DNA of 64,000 nucleotides from an uncultured Candidatus Rokubacteria bacterium (GCA_963708025.1 CAVPSB010000031.1:333882-397881), one strand, 5' to 3'; positions 31,421-42,578 are shown, counted from the first letter of the stretch. Program-made: numbers and translations. The notes: generated by a model not told the origin, from the sequence alone.

Positions 31421-32536
31421 ATGACCCAGGCTGACGCTGCCCCGCTGAAGCACACGCCCCTTCACGCGGCGCACGTCCGCCTCGGTGCCCGGATGATCGG
31501 GTTCGGCGGGTGGGACATGCCGGTGCAGTACGCAGGCATCGTGGAGGAGCACCGGACCGTCCGCGGTGCGGTCGGCTGCTTCGACGTGAGCCACATGGGC
31601 GAGTTCGAGTTCCGCGGAGCTGACGCGACACGGGCCCTCCAGCGCCTGACGACCAACGACGTCGGGGTCCTCGAGGTCGGGCAGGTCCAGTACTCGCTCC
31701 TCTGTTACGAGGACGGCGGCATCGTCGACGACCTCACCCTGTACCGGCTCGCCGACGACCACTACATGATGACGGTGAACGCCGCCAACATCGACAAGGA
31801 CTGGGAGTGGGTGACCGGCCGGCTGGACGGACGGGTGGAGGCGAAGAACGTGAGCGCCGAGACGGGCCTGATCGCCGTCCAGGGGCCGAGAGCCGAGGCC
31901 CTGGTCGGGCGGCTGGCCGACGTCGACGTGGCCGGCATCGGGTACTACCGCTTCGCGCGCGGTCGCGTCGCCGGGGTTCCGGGGATCGTCTCCCGCACCG
32001 GCTACACCGGCGAGGACGGCTTCGAGCTGTACCTGCCGGGAGGGCGGACCGAGGCGGTGTGGGAGGCCCTCCTGGCGGAAGGGAAGCGGGACGGGGTGGC
32101 CCCCATCGGGCTCGGGGCCCGGGACACGCTCCGGCTCGAGATGAGGTACGCCCTCTACGGCAACGACATCGACCAGACCACCAACCCTCTGGAGGCCGGC
32201 CTCGGCTGGGTCGTGAAGCCGGCCAAGGGCGAGTTCCTCGGCAAGCCGGCGATCGAGCGGGTGAGGGCCGAGGGGCCCCGGCGCCGGCTGGTCGGCTTCG
32301 AGATGATCGACCGCGCGGTGGCGCGGCACGGCTACCGGATCGTGCGCGGCGGCGCCGAGGTCGGACAGGTGACCTCGGGCTCCTACGGCCCGTCGGTGGA
32401 TCGCTACATCGGCATCGGGTACGTGCCCGCCGCCCTGGCCGCGGTCGGCAGCGAGATCGAGGTCGAGGTGCGGGGGCGCGGCCAGAAGGCCCGGGTGGTC
32501 AAGACGCCCTTCTACCCTTCCAAGGTGAAGAAGTAG
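31421..32536 (+). CDS. gcvT: Glycine cleavage system aminomethyltransferase T
   Basis: FGGWDMPVQY, FDVSHMG, SRTGYTGEDGFE, GLGARDTLRLE. Confidence 0.97.
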   Translation: MTQADAAPLKHTPLHAAHVRLGARMIGFGGWDMPVQYAGIVEEHRTVRGAVGCFDVSHMGEFEFRGADATRALQRLTTNDVGVLEVGQVQYSLLCYEDGGIVDDLTLYRLADDHYMMTVNAANIDKDWEWVTGRLDGRVEAKNVSAETGLIAVQGPRAEALVGRLADVDVAGIGYYRFARGRVAGVPGIVSRTGYTGEDGFELYLPGGRTEAVWEALLAEGKRDGVAPIGLGARDTLRLEMRYALYGNDIDQTTNPLEAGLGWVVKPAKGEFLGKPAIERVRAEGPRRRLVGFEMIDRAVARHGYRIVRGGAEVGQVTSGSYGPSVDRYIGIGYVPAALAAVGSEIEVEVRGRGQKARVVKTPFYPSKVKK

Positions 32537-32547
32537 AGGAGACAGGC

Positions 32548-32943
32548 ATGGCGACGTATCCAGCGGATCTCCGCTACACGCGGGAGCACGAGTGGGCGAA
32601 GGTCGAGGGGAACCGTGCGCGCGTAGGGATCACGCAGTACGCGCAGGACCAGCTCGGCGACGTGGTGTTCGTCGAGCTGCCCAAGGTCGGGAGCCGGGTG
32701 CGCCAGATGCAGGGCTTCGGCGTCGTCGAGTCGGTGAAGGCGGTCTCCGACCTCTTCGCTCCGCTCTCGGGCGAGGTCGTCGAGGTCAACGAGGGGCTGG
32801 CCGCGCACCCCGAGCAGGTGAACCAGGACCCCTACGGCGCCGGCTGGCTGATCGTGGTCACCATGGCCGACCCCAAGGAGCTGGACGCGCTCATGAGCGC
32901 CGCCGACTACGAGGAGTTCTTGAAGACGGCGGGCGGTCACTGA
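32548..32943 (+). CDS. gcvH: Glycine cleavage system H protein
   Basis: [24 protein letters not shown] lipoyl-Lys motif, DPYGAGW. Confidence 0.97.
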   Translation: MATYPADLRYTREHEWAKVEGNRARVGITQYAQDQLGDVVFVELPKVGSRVRQMQGFGVVESVKAVSDLFAPLSGEVVEVNEGLAAHPEQVNQDPYGAGWLIVVTMADPKELDALMSAADYEEFLKTAGGH

Positions 32944-34301
32944 TGCCGGCCGTGGCCAACCGCTACCTCCCGACCACGCCGGCCCAGCGCGCCGACATGC
33001 TGCGCGCCATCGGGGTCGGGGACCTCGAGGCCCTCCTCGAACGGATCCCCTCCAAGGCCCGCCTCGGGCGGGATCTAGGGGTGCCGGCCGCGCTCGCCGA
33101 GGGCGAGCTGACCGCGACCCTGCGGGCGCTCGCCGCCGAGAACGCCCACGCGGCCGAGTACATCTCGTTCATGGGCGGCGGCGCCTACGACCACTTCATC
33201 CCCAGCGTCGTCAACCACCTGCTCCTCCGGGGCGAGTTCTTCACCGCGTACACCCCCTACCAGCCCGAGGCCAGCCAGGGGACGCTCCGGTCCATCTACG
33301 AGTACCAGACGATGATCTGCGAGCTGACCGGGATGGACGTGACCAACGCGTCCATCTACGACGGGGGCTCGGCCCTGGCCGAGGCCGCCCTCATGGCCCA
33401 CGGCGTGACCGAGCGCGAGCAGATCATCGTGTCGGGCGCCGTCTCGCCGCTGGCGCGCCGGGTGGTCGCCACCTACTGCGCGGGGCCGCGGCTGCCGATC
33501 AAGGTGGTCCCGTGGGCCGACGGCGTGACCGATCTGGACGCGCTCCGGAAGGCGGTCACCGAGAAGACGGCGGCGGTGATGGTGCAGTACCCGAACTTCC
33601 TCGGGAGTCTGGAGGACCTGGACGCGGCGGCGGCGGTCGCCCACGAGAAGGGCGCGCTGCTGGTCGTGTCGGTGGACCCGATCGCGCTCGCCCTGCTGCG
33701 CCCCCCCGGGGAGGCCGGCGCCGACATCGTCGTCGGCGAGGGACAGGGGCTCGGGAACCCGACCACGTTCGGCGGGCCCTATCTCGGCCTCTTCGCGTGC
33801 CGCAAGGAGCTGGTGCGCCGGATGCCCGGCCGGCTGGTCGGCGCCACCGTGGACACCACCGGCCGGCGCGGGTTCGTCCTGACGCTCCAGACCCGGGAGC
33901 AGCACATCCGTCGCGAGAAGGCGACCTCCAACATCTGCACGAACGTGGCGCTGGTCGCCCTGGGGGCGACGATCTATCTCGCGCTCATGGGCAAGGAAGG
34001 ACTCCGGAAGGTGGCGACCCTGTCCACCGCCAAGGCGCACTACGCGGCCGACGTCCTCGGCCGGGTGCCGGGGGTCTCGCGCCGGTTCGAGGCGCCGTTC
34101 TTCAAGGAGTTCGTGCTCCGGCTCCCGAAGCCGCCGGAGCGGGTCCTGCGAGCGCTGCGGAAGCGGAAGATCCTGGGCGGCGTCGCCCTCGGCCAGTTCG
34201 ACCGGGCCCTGAAGGACTGCCTGCTCGTCGCGGTGACGGAGAACCGGACCCGGGTCGAGATCGACCAGTATGCCAGCGCGCTGAGCGAGATCCTGGCATG
34301 A
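32943..34301 (+). CDS. gcvPA: Glycine dehydrogenase subunit 1
   Basis: [42 protein letters not shown]. Confidence 0.97.
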   Translation: MPAVANRYLPTTPAQRADMLRAIGVGDLEALLERIPSKARLGRDLGVPAALAEGELTATLRALAAENAHAAEYISFMGGGAYDHFIPSVVNHLLLRGEFFTAYTPYQPEASQGTLRSIYEYQTMICELTGMDVTNASIYDGGSALAEAALMAHGVTEREQIIVSGAVSPLARRVVATYCAGPRLPIKVVPWADGVTDLDALRKAVTEKTAAVMVQYPNFLGSLEDLDAAAAVAHEKGALLVVSVDPIALALLRPPGEAGADIVVGEGQGLGNPTTFGGPYLGLFACRKELVRRMPGRLVGATVDTTGRRGFVLTLQTREQHIRREKATSNICTNVALVALGATIYLALMGKEGLRKVATLSTAKAHYAADVLGRVPGVSRRFEAPFFKEFVLRLPKPPERVLRALRKRKILGGVALGQFDRALKDCLLVAVTENRTRVEIDQYASALSEILA

Positions 34302-35766
34302 GCTACGACAAGCTGATCTTCGAGCTGTCCGTTCCCGGCCGCGTGGGCCACTCGTTGCCCGAGGCCGACGTGCCCGAGGCCGATCCCGCGCGGCTCCTGC
34401 CCCGGCAGCACCTGCGGGAGAAGCCGGCCGAGCTCCCCGAGGTGAGCGAGTTCGACGTGGTCCGTCACTACACGCGACTCTCGCGCCTGAACTACGGCCT
34501 CGACACCCACTTCTACCCCCTGGGCTCCTGCACCATGAAGTACAACCCGAAGCTCAACGAGGACATGGCGCGGCTGCCGGGGTTCGCGCGGCTCCATCCC
34601 CTGACGCCCGACGAAGCCGCCCCGGGCGCGCTCGGCCTCATGGTCCAGCTCGGCGAGATGCTCGCCGAGATCGTCGGGATGGACGCGGTCTCGCTTCAGC
34701 CCGCGGCCGGCGCCCAGGGTGAGCTGGCCGGCGTCCTCATGATCCGCGCCTACCACCTGGACCGCGAGAAGCGGCCACGCAAGAAGGTCCTGGTGCCGGA
34801 CTCCGCCCACGGGACCAACCCGGCCTCGACCGGGATCGCCGGCTACCAGACGGTCCAGCTCAAGTCCGACGCGGCCGGCGAGGTGGACCTCCTCGACCTG
34901 GAGCGGAACCTCGACGAGGACGTGGCCGCCCTCATGATCACGGTGCCCAACACGCTCGGCCTCTTCGAGTCGAAGATCCTCGAGGTCACCGAGATGTGCC
35001 ACGCCAAGGGCGCCCAGGTGTACATGGACGGCGCCAACCTGAACGCCCTCCTCGGGATCACGCGGCCCGGCGACCTCGGGTTCGACGTGGTCCACATGAA
35101 CCTGCACAAGACGTTCACGACCCCCCACGGCGGCGGCGGTCCGGGGGCGGGGCCGGTGGGGATCAGGTCGCACCTGGCGCCGTTCCTGCCGGTGCCGGTC
35201 CCGGTGCGCGATGGCGACGACTACCGGCTCGACTGGAAGCGCCCGAAGTCGATCGGGAAGCTCCAGTCGTTCTGGGGTAACTTCGGGATGCTGGTCCGCG
35301 CCTACACCTACATCCGGACCATGGGGCCCGACGGCCTCCGGGCGGTCTCCGAGAACGCGATCCTGAACGCCAACTACATCCGGGCGCGGCTCAAGGAGCA
35401 GTACGATCTGCCGTACCCCGGGTCCTCGATGCACGAGGTGGTCTTCTCGGCCCGGCGCCAGAAGAAGCTCGGCGTGACGGCGACCGACATCGCCAAGCGG
35501 CTCCTCGACCTCGGCTTCTACGCGCCGTCCATCTACTTTCCGCTCATCGTCGAGGAGGCGCTCATGATCGAGCCCACCGAGACGGAGTCGAGGAGACGCT
35601 GGACGAGTTCTGCGACGCGATGGTCCAGATCGCCCGCGAGGCCGAGACCGACCCCCACGCCGTTCACGCCGCGCCGGTGACGACGCCCGTGGGCCGCCTG
35701 GACCAGACCCTGGCCGCCCGGCAGCCGAACCTCCGCTGGACGCCCAAGGAGACCCGCCGGTCGTAA
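34298..35766 (+). CDS. gcvPB: Glycine dehydrogenase subunit 2; 1-nt frameshift near 35591
   Basis: [38 protein letters not shown]; after IEPTETES the conserved [10 protein letters not shown]...[11 protein letters not shown]...PNLRW continues in another frame to TAA 35766. Confidence 0.95.
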
Positions 35767-35785
35767 CGTCTCGCGCCGCTTCCGC

Positions 35786-36607
35786 ATGGGCGTGAGCTGG
35801 CGGCTCCTCGTCACGGAGCCCCTCGACGGCGCCACCAACATGGCCATCGACGAGGCCCTGCTCCGCGCCCGTATCGCCGGGGCCGCCGGCCCCACCGTCC
35901 GCTTCTTCGCGTGGGCCCCGCCCGCGGTGTCGGTCGGCTACGGCCAGACGCTCGAGGCCGGGATCGACCTCGCCGCCTGTGCCCGGCTCGGCCTCGCGCT
36001 GGTCCGGCGCCCGACCGGGGGCAGCGCGATCCTCCACGAGGGCCCGGCCGCCGAGCTGACCTACAGCGTGGTGGCGCGGGCCGACGACTTCGCGGGGGCC
36101 GACGACCTCCTGGAGACCTACCGCGTGCTCGGCGCCGGGCTGGCGGCGGGCCTGGCCCGGCTCGGGCTCCGCGCGGAGGTCGTGCCGCGCTTGCGGAGTC
36201 GCTCCGCCGCCGGCCCGGCTTTCTGCTTCGCGCGGACCGGCTCCTACGAGATCGCGGTCGGCGGGAAGAAGGTGGTGGGGAGCGCCCAGCGCCGGCAGGG
36301 CCGCGCCTTCCTCCAGCACGGCTCGGTCCTGCTGGACGCCGACCCGGCGCGGCTCGCGGCCGTCTTCCCCGGCGCCGGGGACCCGCTGGCCGGTGTGACG
36401 ACCGTGGCGGCGGGACTGGGGCGGCTTGTGGCCTTCGACGAGGCGGCGGCGGCGCTCGCCAGCGGGCTCGGCGAGGCTCTCGGCCCGCTGGTGCCGGGCG
36501 GGCTGACCCCCGGCGAGGCCGAGCTCGTCCAGCGCCTCGTCGCCGACAAGTACGCCGCCGAGGCCTGGACGCGGCACGGCCAGGCGCCCGCCGTCGCCCG
36601 TGCGTGA
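35786..36607 (+). CDS. Lipoate-protein ligase family protein (LipM/LplA-like)
   Basis: NMAIDEALL, RRPTGGSAILH, KKVVGSAQRR, LQHGS; adjacent to the gcv operon. Confidence 0.88.
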   Translation: MGVSWRLLVTEPLDGATNMAIDEALLRARIAGAAGPTVRFFAWAPPAVSVGYGQTLEAGIDLAACARLGLALVRRPTGGSAILHEGPAAELTYSVVARADDFAGADDLLETYRVLGAGLAAGLARLGLRAEVVPRLRSRSAAGPAFCFARTGSYEIAVGGKKVVGSAQRRQGRAFLQHGSVLLDADPARLAAVFPGAGDPLAGVTTVAAGLGRLVAFDEAAAALASGLGEALGPLVPGGLTPGEAELVQRLVADKYAAEAWTRHGQAPAVARA

Positions 36608-37052
36608 GTACCCCTCGGTCCCCCTGGTCGGCGTGGGCGCGATCGTCGTAGACGGCGAGCGCGTCCTCCTCGTGCAGCGCGGCCGCCCGCCCGCCCTGGA
36701 CAAGTGGAGCATCCCGGGAGGGCTGGTGGACGTGGGCGAGCCGGTCGAGGCGGCGGCGCGGCGCGAGGTCGCCGAGGAGTGCGGCCTCAGCGTGTGCCTG
36801 CACGGCCTGGTGGGCTTCGTCAACCGGATCGTGCGCGACGCGGCCGGGCGCGTGCAGTACCATTACGTGCTGCTGGACTTTCTCGCCACGCCGGAATCCG
36901 GAACGGCCCGGGCGGGCTCGGACGCGCGGGCACTCCGCTGGAGCACGCTGGACGAGCTCCGGACGCTCGACACGACCGAGGGCCTCGAGGCCATGATCCG
37001 CCGGGCGCTCGAGCTGGACGCCGAGCGCCGAGGAAAGGAGCGCACCCGATGA
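36600..37052 (+). CDS. NUDIX hydrolase
   Basis: Nudix box PGGLVDVGEPVEAAARREVAEECG. Confidence 0.92.
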   Translation: MREYPSVPLVGVGAIVVDGERVLLVQRGRPPALDKWSIPGGLVDVGEPVEAAARREVAEECGLSVCLHGLVGFVNRIVRDAAGRVQYHYVLLDFLATPESGTARAGSDARALRWSTLDELRTLDTTEGLEAMIRRALELDAERRGKERTR

Positions 37053-38563
37053 AGTTCGCCGTGAGCGCCGACCGGCTCGACCGGGCAGCCGGGGACGTGC
37101 TGGTGCTAGAGCGGTACGCGGGAGAGAGTCGGCTCGGCCCGGACGCCGCCCGGGTGGACGCGGCGCTCGAGGGGCACCTCGGCCGCGCCCTGGCCGACGA
37201 GCGCTTCGAGGGACGGGTGGGCGAGACGAGCCAGGTCCACACCGGAGGCCGGCTCGGCGCCAAGCGGGTCGTGGTGGTGGGGATGGGGCCGCGGGCCGAG
37301 GTGACGGCGGAGACGATCCGCCGCGCCGCATCCGCAGCGCTCCGGCGGGCCCGGGACCTCGGGGCCCGGAGCGTCGTGATTCCCGTGCTCGGGACCAGGC
37401 TTCCGGCCCGGGTGCGGGCCCAGGCCCTCGGCGAGGGCGTGCTCCTCGGCCTCTACACCTTCGACCGCTACAAGGCCAAGAAGGGGGACGACAAGGGCGT
37501 CGAGACCCTGACGGTCGCGGCGCCCGAGGCCCGGGAGCAGGCCGCGGTCCGGGAGGGGCTGCGCCTCGCCGAACTGGCGGCGGAGGCCACCACCTTCGCC
37601 CGCGACCTGATCAACGAGCCGGCCAACGCGATCACGGCGACCGCCCTGGCCCGGGAGGCGGAGGCGATCGCCAAGGCGGGCCGGCTCACCGTCCGCATCC
37701 ACGACCGGGCGGCGTGCGAGCGGATGGGGATGGGCGCGTTCGTCGGCGTGAACAAGGGGAGCGAGGAGCCGCTCCGGTTCATCCATCTCACGTACCGGCC
37801 AAAGGGCCGGGCCACCCGCCGCATCGCCCTCATCGGGAAGGGGATCACCTTCGACTCCGGCGGCCTCGACCTGAAGACCGCCGAGGGCATGGCGTGGATG
37901 AAGGGCGACATGTCCGGCGCCGCCGCCGTCCTCGGGGTCATGAAGGTGCTGCCGCGGCTGGCGCCCCCGGTCGAGGTGCACGGCCTGGTGGCGGCCACCG
38001 ACAACATGCCCTCCGGCTCGGCGACCAAGCCCGGCGACATCCTGCGGGCGATGAACGGCAAGACCATCGAGGTCAACAACACCGACGCCGAGGGGCGGCT
38101 CACGCTCGCCGACGCGATGGGCTACGCCCTGAAGGAGATCAAGCCGGACGAGATGGTCGACATCGCGACGCTCACCGGCGCCTGCTCGATCGCGCTCGGC
38201 TCGCTCTGTGCCGGGGCGATGTCGAACGACGAGGCGCTCCAGGGTCGGATCATCCAGGCGGGGGCGGCCGCCGGAGAGCGCGTCTGGCCGCTGCCGCTCA
38301 TCGACGAGTACCGGGAGGGGCTCAAGAGCGACGTCGCCGATCTCCGGAACACCGGACCGCGCCCCGGCGGCGCCATCACCGCGGGGCTGTTCCTCAAGGA
38401 GTTCGCCGGGACCACGCCCTGGGTGCACCTCGACATCGCGGGAGCGGCCTTCGCGGACAAGGAGCTGCCGTACGCGTCGAAGGGCGGGGTCGGGTTCGGT
38501 GCCCGGACGCTCCTCGCCTACGTCATGGCAGCGGGGCAGAGGGCGGCGAAGAAGCGCCCGTGA
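37049..38563 (+). CDS. pepA: Leucyl aminopeptidase (M17)
   Basis: GKGITFDSGG, MKGDMSG, NTDAEGRL, DIATLTG, HLDIAG. Confidence 0.96.
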   Translation: MKFAVSADRLDRAAGDVLVLERYAGESRLGPDAARVDAALEGHLGRALADERFEGRVGETSQVHTGGRLGAKRVVVVGMGPRAEVTAETIRRAASAALRRARDLGARSVVIPVLGTRLPARVRAQALGEGVLLGLYTFDRYKAKKGDDKGVETLTVAAPEAREQAAVREGLRLAELAAEATTFARDLINEPANAITATALAREAEAIAKAGRLTVRIHDRAACERMGMGAFVGVNKGSEEPLRFIHLTYRPKGRATRRIALIGKGITFDSGGLDLKTAEGMAWMKGDMSGAAAVLGVMKVLPRLAPPVEVHGLVAATDNMPSGSATKPGDILRAMNGKTIEVNNTDAEGRLTLADAMGYALKEIKPDEMVDIATLTGACSIALGSLCAGAMSNDEALQGRIIQAGAAAGERVWPLPLIDEYREGLKSDVADLRNTGPRPGGAITAGLFLKEFAGTTPWVHLDIAGAAFADKELPYASKGGVGFGARTLLAYVMAAGQRAAKKRP

Positions 38564-38616
38564 GCGGCCCGGTACCATGCCGGCGTTCCTGTGATGGCTG
38601 ACCCGAAGGTAGACCC

Positions 38617-39450
38617 GTGAGCGGGGTCGACCTCCACGCCCACACGACCGCCTCCGACGGGACGTACTCGCCGGAGGAGCTCGTGGAGGAGGCGGTCCGG
38701 CGTGGGCTGCGGGTGCTGGCCATCACCGACCACGACTCCACGGAGGCGGTGGGGCCGGCGCTGACGGCGGCGCTCCGGCATCCGCGGCTTTCGATCGTGC
38801 CGGGGATCGAGATCAACACCGAGGTCGCCGGGGCCGAGGTCCACGTCCTCGGGTTCTTCCTCGACCACGAGGCGGCCTGGCTCCGCGACCTGATGCGCGA
38901 GTTCCGCCAGGACCGGGCGGCGCGCGTCCACCGGATCGCCGAGCGGCTGGCCGCCCTCGGGCTTCCGATCGACCCCGCCGAGGTGCTGGCGCTCGTGCGC
39001 GAGGGCTCGGCCGGGCGGCCGCACGTCGCCCAGGTCATGGTGCAGAAGGGGTACGTGGGCACGGTCCGGGAGGCGTTCGACCGGTACCTGCGGGCCGGCG
39101 GGCCGGCCTACGTCTCGCACAAGCGGCTCTCGGTGGAGGAAGCGTGCGAGCTGATCCACAAGGCCGCCGGGCTCACGGCCATGGCCCATCCCGGCTTCAA
39201 CGATCGGTCCGAGGAGCTGATCCGTGAGCTGGCGAGGAAGCGGCTCCTCGACGGGGTCGAGTGCTACTACGCCGAGCACACGACGGAGCAGACCGCGCGC
39301 TTCGTCGGCCTCTGCCACGAGCTTTCCCTGGTGACGACCGGCGGCTCCGACTTTCACGGCCCCGCGGTCCGTGCCGCCACCCTCGGACACCCCACGGTGC
39401 CGTGGGCGGCATGGGAGAACCTCCTCCACCGCGCGGGCCGGGGCCGATGA
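38617..39450 (+). CDS. PHP-family phosphoesterase (TrpH/YciV-like)
   Basis: DLHAHTTASDG, ITDHD, GRPHVA, AHP, GGSDFHG. Confidence 0.92.
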   Translation: MSGVDLHAHTTASDGTYSPEELVEEAVRRGLRVLAITDHDSTEAVGPALTAALRHPRLSIVPGIEINTEVAGAEVHVLGFFLDHEAAWLRDLMREFRQDRAARVHRIAERLAALGLPIDPAEVLALVREGSAGRPHVAQVMVQKGYVGTVREAFDRYLRAGGPAYVSHKRLSVEEACELIHKAAGLTAMAHPGFNDRSEELIRELARKRLLDGVECYYAEHTTEQTARFVGLCHELSLVTTGGSDFHGPAVRAATLGHPTVPWAAWENLLHRAGRGR

Positions 39451-39581
39451 GCTTCGCATCGCGTCGTCCTCGGTCGTCGCCCATCCTCGGCGTATGCGGC
39501 ATACGCCTCCGGTGGGCGACTCCCTGCGTCCATTGGACGGCCTTCGGCCTGTGGGCGCTGCTCGCTCCTCGGCCCCGCCCG
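39434..39581 (+). repeat. Repeat family B, copy 3 (carries module M)
   Basis: GGGGCCGA...TCGGCCCC terminal IR; central variant GGCGTATGCGGCATACGCC. Confidence 0.9.
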
Positions 39582-39658
39582 GCGACCTTCACCGCGGATT
39601 GAAAGAGCCAGAAGGGCTGTTGGGCGTGCCTTCGGACGGCCTCTGAGCGTTTTTTGGC

Positions 39659-39688
39659 TTGACAGGGGCGTGAGGGGGCTCCTATTCT
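39659..39688 (+). promoter_or_regulatory. Sigma70-type promoter of the aroF leader
   Basis: TTGACA 39659-39664, 18 nt, TATTCT 39683-39688. Confidence 0.7.
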
Positions 39689-39698
39689 AACGGCCACC

Positions 39699-39776
39699 AT
39701 GGAGGCGCGCGTGGCGGGCCTGACGGGGTTCGGCTACTACTTTAGCCCCCGTCTGCCTGCCGGCCCCATGCCGTAG
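39699..39776 (+). CDS. Putative Phe/Tyr attenuator leader peptide [25 protein letters not shown]
   Basis: 25-codon ORF just after the promoter with TTC-GGC-TAC-TAC-TTT control codons, upstream of a terminator and DAHP synthase. Confidence 0.8.
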   Translation: MEARVAGLTGFGYYFSPRLPAGPMP

Positions 39777-39792
39777 CGAACGCCGGAACAAC

Positions 39793-39840
39793 AGGGGCCA
39801 CGGGCGGACGGGATGTCGCCCGGTGGCCCTTTTCGTTTTT
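39793..39840 (+). terminator. Attenuator terminator upstream of aroF
   Basis: GGGCCAC-GGGC.../...GCCC-G-GTGGCCC stem followed by TTTTCGTTTTT. Confidence 0.85.
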
Positions 39841-39939
39841 CTGGGCCCCGTGGCGGGTCCCGTCTGGAACCGGCCCGGGAGCCAGACCATGGCTGATGAC
39901 TGGGGTCAGCTGCGAGAGCTGATCAAGGAGGGAAGCGTC

Positions 39940-40956
39940 ATGATCATCGTGCTGAAGCCGGGTACTCAGGACACGGACGTCGAGGACGTGTGTCGCCGGA
40001 TCGAGGGACTGGGGCTCCGGGCCCACGTGAGTCGAGGCGAGCAGCGCACCATCATCGGAGCGATCGGCGACGACCGCTTCAAGACGCGGCTTCAGGCCAT
40101 CGAGGCCCTGGAGTGCGTCGAGGCCATGGTGCCGATCCTCCAGCCGTTCAAGCTGGCGAGCCGGGAGGTCCATCCGCAAGACAGCGTGATCCTGGTGGAC
40201 GGCGTGAAGATCGGGGGGCCGCGCCTCACGATCATGGCCGGTCCCTGCTCGGTGGAGTCCGAGACCCAGCTCCGCGCCGTCGCCGAGGGCGTGAAGGCCG
40301 GCGGCGCTCACATCCTCCGCGGCGGCGCCTTCAAGCCTCGTACCTCGCCGTATGCCTTCCAGGGGCTGGAAGAGGAGGGCTTGAAGCTCCTGGCCGAGGC
40401 CCGCAAGCGGACCGGCCTGCCGGTCGTGACCGAGGTGCTGGAGCCCGACAAGGTGGCGGTCGTCGCCGAGTACGCGGACATTCTACAAATCGGCGCCCGG
40501 AACGTTCAGAACTTCTCGCTTCTGAAGGAGGTCGGTCAGTGCGGGAAGCCGGTCCTCCTCAAGCGCGGGATGGCCACCACCATCAAGGAATTCCTCCTCT
40601 CGGCGGAGTACATCCTCGCCGGCGGCAACCCGAACGTGGTCCTCTGCGAGCGCGGCATCCGGACGTTCGAGACGACCACCCGGTTCACCCTGGATCTCAA
40701 CGCGGTGCCGGTCATCAAGAAGCTCTCGCACCTCCCGGTCGTCGTGGATCCCAGCCATGGCACCGGCCACTGGGAGTACGTGGCCCCGATGGCCAAGGCC
40801 GCGATCGCGTGCGGCGCCGACGGCGTGATCATCGAGGTCCACGACAACCCGGCGGAGGCCCTGTCGGACGGTCCCCAGTCCCTCAAGCCCGACAAGTTCG
40901 CCCGGCTGGTGGGGGAGCTGCGGGCGCTGGCGGCGGCAGTCGGCCGAACTCTTTGA
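39940..40956 (+). CDS. aroF: DAHP synthase, type I-beta, with N-terminal regulatory (ACT/ferredoxin-like) domain
   Basis: [49 protein letters not shown]. Confidence 0.95.
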   Translation: MIIVLKPGTQDTDVEDVCRRIEGLGLRAHVSRGEQRTIIGAIGDDRFKTRLQAIEALECVEAMVPILQPFKLASREVHPQDSVILVDGVKIGGPRLTIMAGPCSVESETQLRAVAEGVKAGGAHILRGGAFKPRTSPYAFQGLEEEGLKLLAEARKRTGLPVVTEVLEPDKVAVVAEYADILQIGARNVQNFSLLKEVGQCGKPVLLKRGMATTIKEFLLSAEYILAGGNPNVVLCERGIRTFETTTRFTLDLNAVPVIKKLSHLPVVVDPSHGTGHWEYVAPMAKAAIACGADGVIIEVHDNPAEALSDGPQSLKPDKFARLVGELRALAAAVGRTL

Positions 40957-41018
40957 TTCTCCTGGGCCAACTGCATCAGGTCGGGAGGGGTCTCGACATG
41001 GCATAATGATGGGCAGTC

Positions 41019-42305
41019 ATGACCAGGCGGCGTACCCTCGTCCGGCTGTGGCGGCGGGTCCGGCGACCCAGTCTGCCGAGGCTGGTCATCGCCTCGGTGG
41101 TGCTGCACCTGGCCGCGATGCTCCTCGCCACCTGGCTCGTTGGCTCCTCGTGGACGCCCCCGAAGGAGCCGGCGGAGCCGCTGGTCGTCGAGCTGCCGCC
41201 GGCCGAGCCCGGCGCCCCGCTCGTTCGACCGGAAACGGCGCCCGCGCGGCCCCCGAGCGCGCCGCCCGTCGTGGCCGCTCGCCCCGCCGCGCCGGCGCCG
41301 GCGCCGGCGCGGCCGGCGCCCCGCCCCGAGCCCGCGCCTGAGCCGCCGCCGACCACGGCTCCGCCGGCGCCCGAGCCGGTCCCGGCCGTGCCTCCGCCAC
41401 CGGCGATGGCGCGCGCCCCCGAGCCGCTGACGCCGCCTCCCGCTCCCGCGCCGCCTCCCCCGCCGCCGGCCGCCAGGCCCGAGCCGGCTCCCGCGCCGCC
41501 GCCGTCGGTGGCGCGCGCCCCCGAGCCTGCTCCTGCGCCGCCGCCGCCGGTGCGCTCACCCGAGCCGCCCCCCGCGCTGCCCCCGCCGGTGGCGGCGCGC
41601 GCACCCGAGGGCGCACCTGCGCCGCCGCCAGCGGTGGCGCGCGCACCGGAGTCGGCTCCGATGCCGCCTGCGCCCCGGGCGCCGGCGCCGGCCCAGTCCG
41701 GTCCCGCCGTACCCGGGGTGGCGGGACTTCCGGGCTCCGCACCCGCGCCCTCGGCCGAGGGGAGCGCCCTGGCCCGGGCGCCGGGGGTGCCCGCCGCGCC
41801 TTCGGAGCCGAGGGAAAATCCCTTCGCGGGCCGTAACTTCTCCCTGCTCCGCCCGCAGCTCGACGCCCCGCCGCCGCTTCCACGTCCACTGCCGGGCGGC
41901 GGCGGCGGCACCCGACCCGAAGGCGAGGGCGCCGGGGAGAGCGGTCGCTCCCGGGAGGGCCAGGTGGCGATCCCGCTCAACAAGCCACCTGACGAGGACC
42001 ACGCGGAGTACTTCCTGAAGGTCAAGAAGGCGATCGAGGATCACTGGAGCTACCCGACCGAAGCCGCTCGGAAGGGTCAGTCGGGCCAGCTCGTGCTCGA
42101 GTTCGTGATCCACAAGGACGGCCGGGTCCTGGTCGAGCTGGCACGCTCCTCTGGCATCGACATCCTCGACCGCTACGCCGTGAACGCCGTCAAGCTGTCG
42201 GCGCCGTTCCCGCGCCTCCCCGACCCGCTGGGCGACAGTCTCAAGATCAGCGCGAGCTTCACCTACATCCTGGACCACGGCTTCCGCGTGTTCGGCCTGA
42301 AATGA
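41019..42305 (+). CDS. TonB/TolA-family energy transducer with a long Pro-rich linker
   Basis: TM with SVVLH motif, Pro/Ala repeats, C-terminal WSYP...F.IHKDG...[18 protein letters not shown] domain. Confidence 0.88.
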   Translation: MTRRRTLVRLWRRVRRPSLPRLVIASVVLHLAAMLLATWLVGSSWTPPKEPAEPLVVELPPAEPGAPLVRPETAPARPPSAPPVVAARPAAPAPAPARPAPRPEPAPEPPPTTAPPAPEPVPAVPPPPAMARAPEPLTPPPAPAPPPPPPAARPEPAPAPPPSVARAPEPAPAPPPPVRSPEPPPALPPPVAARAPEGAPAPPPAVARAPESAPMPPAPRAPAPAQSGPAVPGVAGLPGSAPAPSAEGSALARAPGVPAAPSEPRENPFAGRNFSLLRPQLDAPPPLPRPLPGGGGGTRPEGEGAGESGRSREGQVAIPLNKPPDEDHAEYFLKVKKAIEDHWSYPTEAARKGQSGQLVLEFVIHKDGRVLVELARSSGIDILDRYAVNAVKLSAPFPRLPDPLGDSLKISASFTYILDHGFRVFGLK

Positions 42306-42387
42306 CCGGCGCGATCGGGGGCGGACCCCGCCCCGCGCGTCGAGGGCCGCCTCCAGCCGGTGCGACAGGCCAGCATTTTTTTGCTCC

Positions 42388-42417
42388 TTGACAGTGCGAA
42401 CGGGCGGTTGGTACGCT
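42388..42417 (+). promoter_or_regulatory. Promoter of tRNA-Val (and possibly thrS)
   Basis: TTGACA 42388-42393, 18 nt, TACGCT 42412-42417; T-rich upstream element. Confidence 0.65.
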
Positions 42418-42437
42418 GTTCTGCACTTTTAGCCCAC

Positions 42438-42512
42438 AGGGACGTAGCTCAGTGGGAGAGCGCCTGTCTGACGCACAGGAGGTCGGCGGTTCGAAACCGC
42501 CCGTCCCTACCA
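42438..42512 (+). tRNA. tRNA-Val(GAC)
   Basis: Acceptor AGGGACG/CGTCCCT, D arm, anticodon arm CCTGT-CTGACGC-ACAGG, TTCGAAA T loop, encoded CCA. Confidence 0.97.
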
Positions 42513-42578
42513 CGCACGGCTTCTGGAGAGGGGTGCCCTGAAAGACCGCGTGAGCGACCCCGAGTAGCTGGATTGCCG

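Noticed and set aside
35580-35600. Programmed frameshift or pseudogenisation in gcvPB
   Set aside because: No slippery site; one missing base restores a conserved ES(K/R)ETLD motif, and similar indels occur across the window
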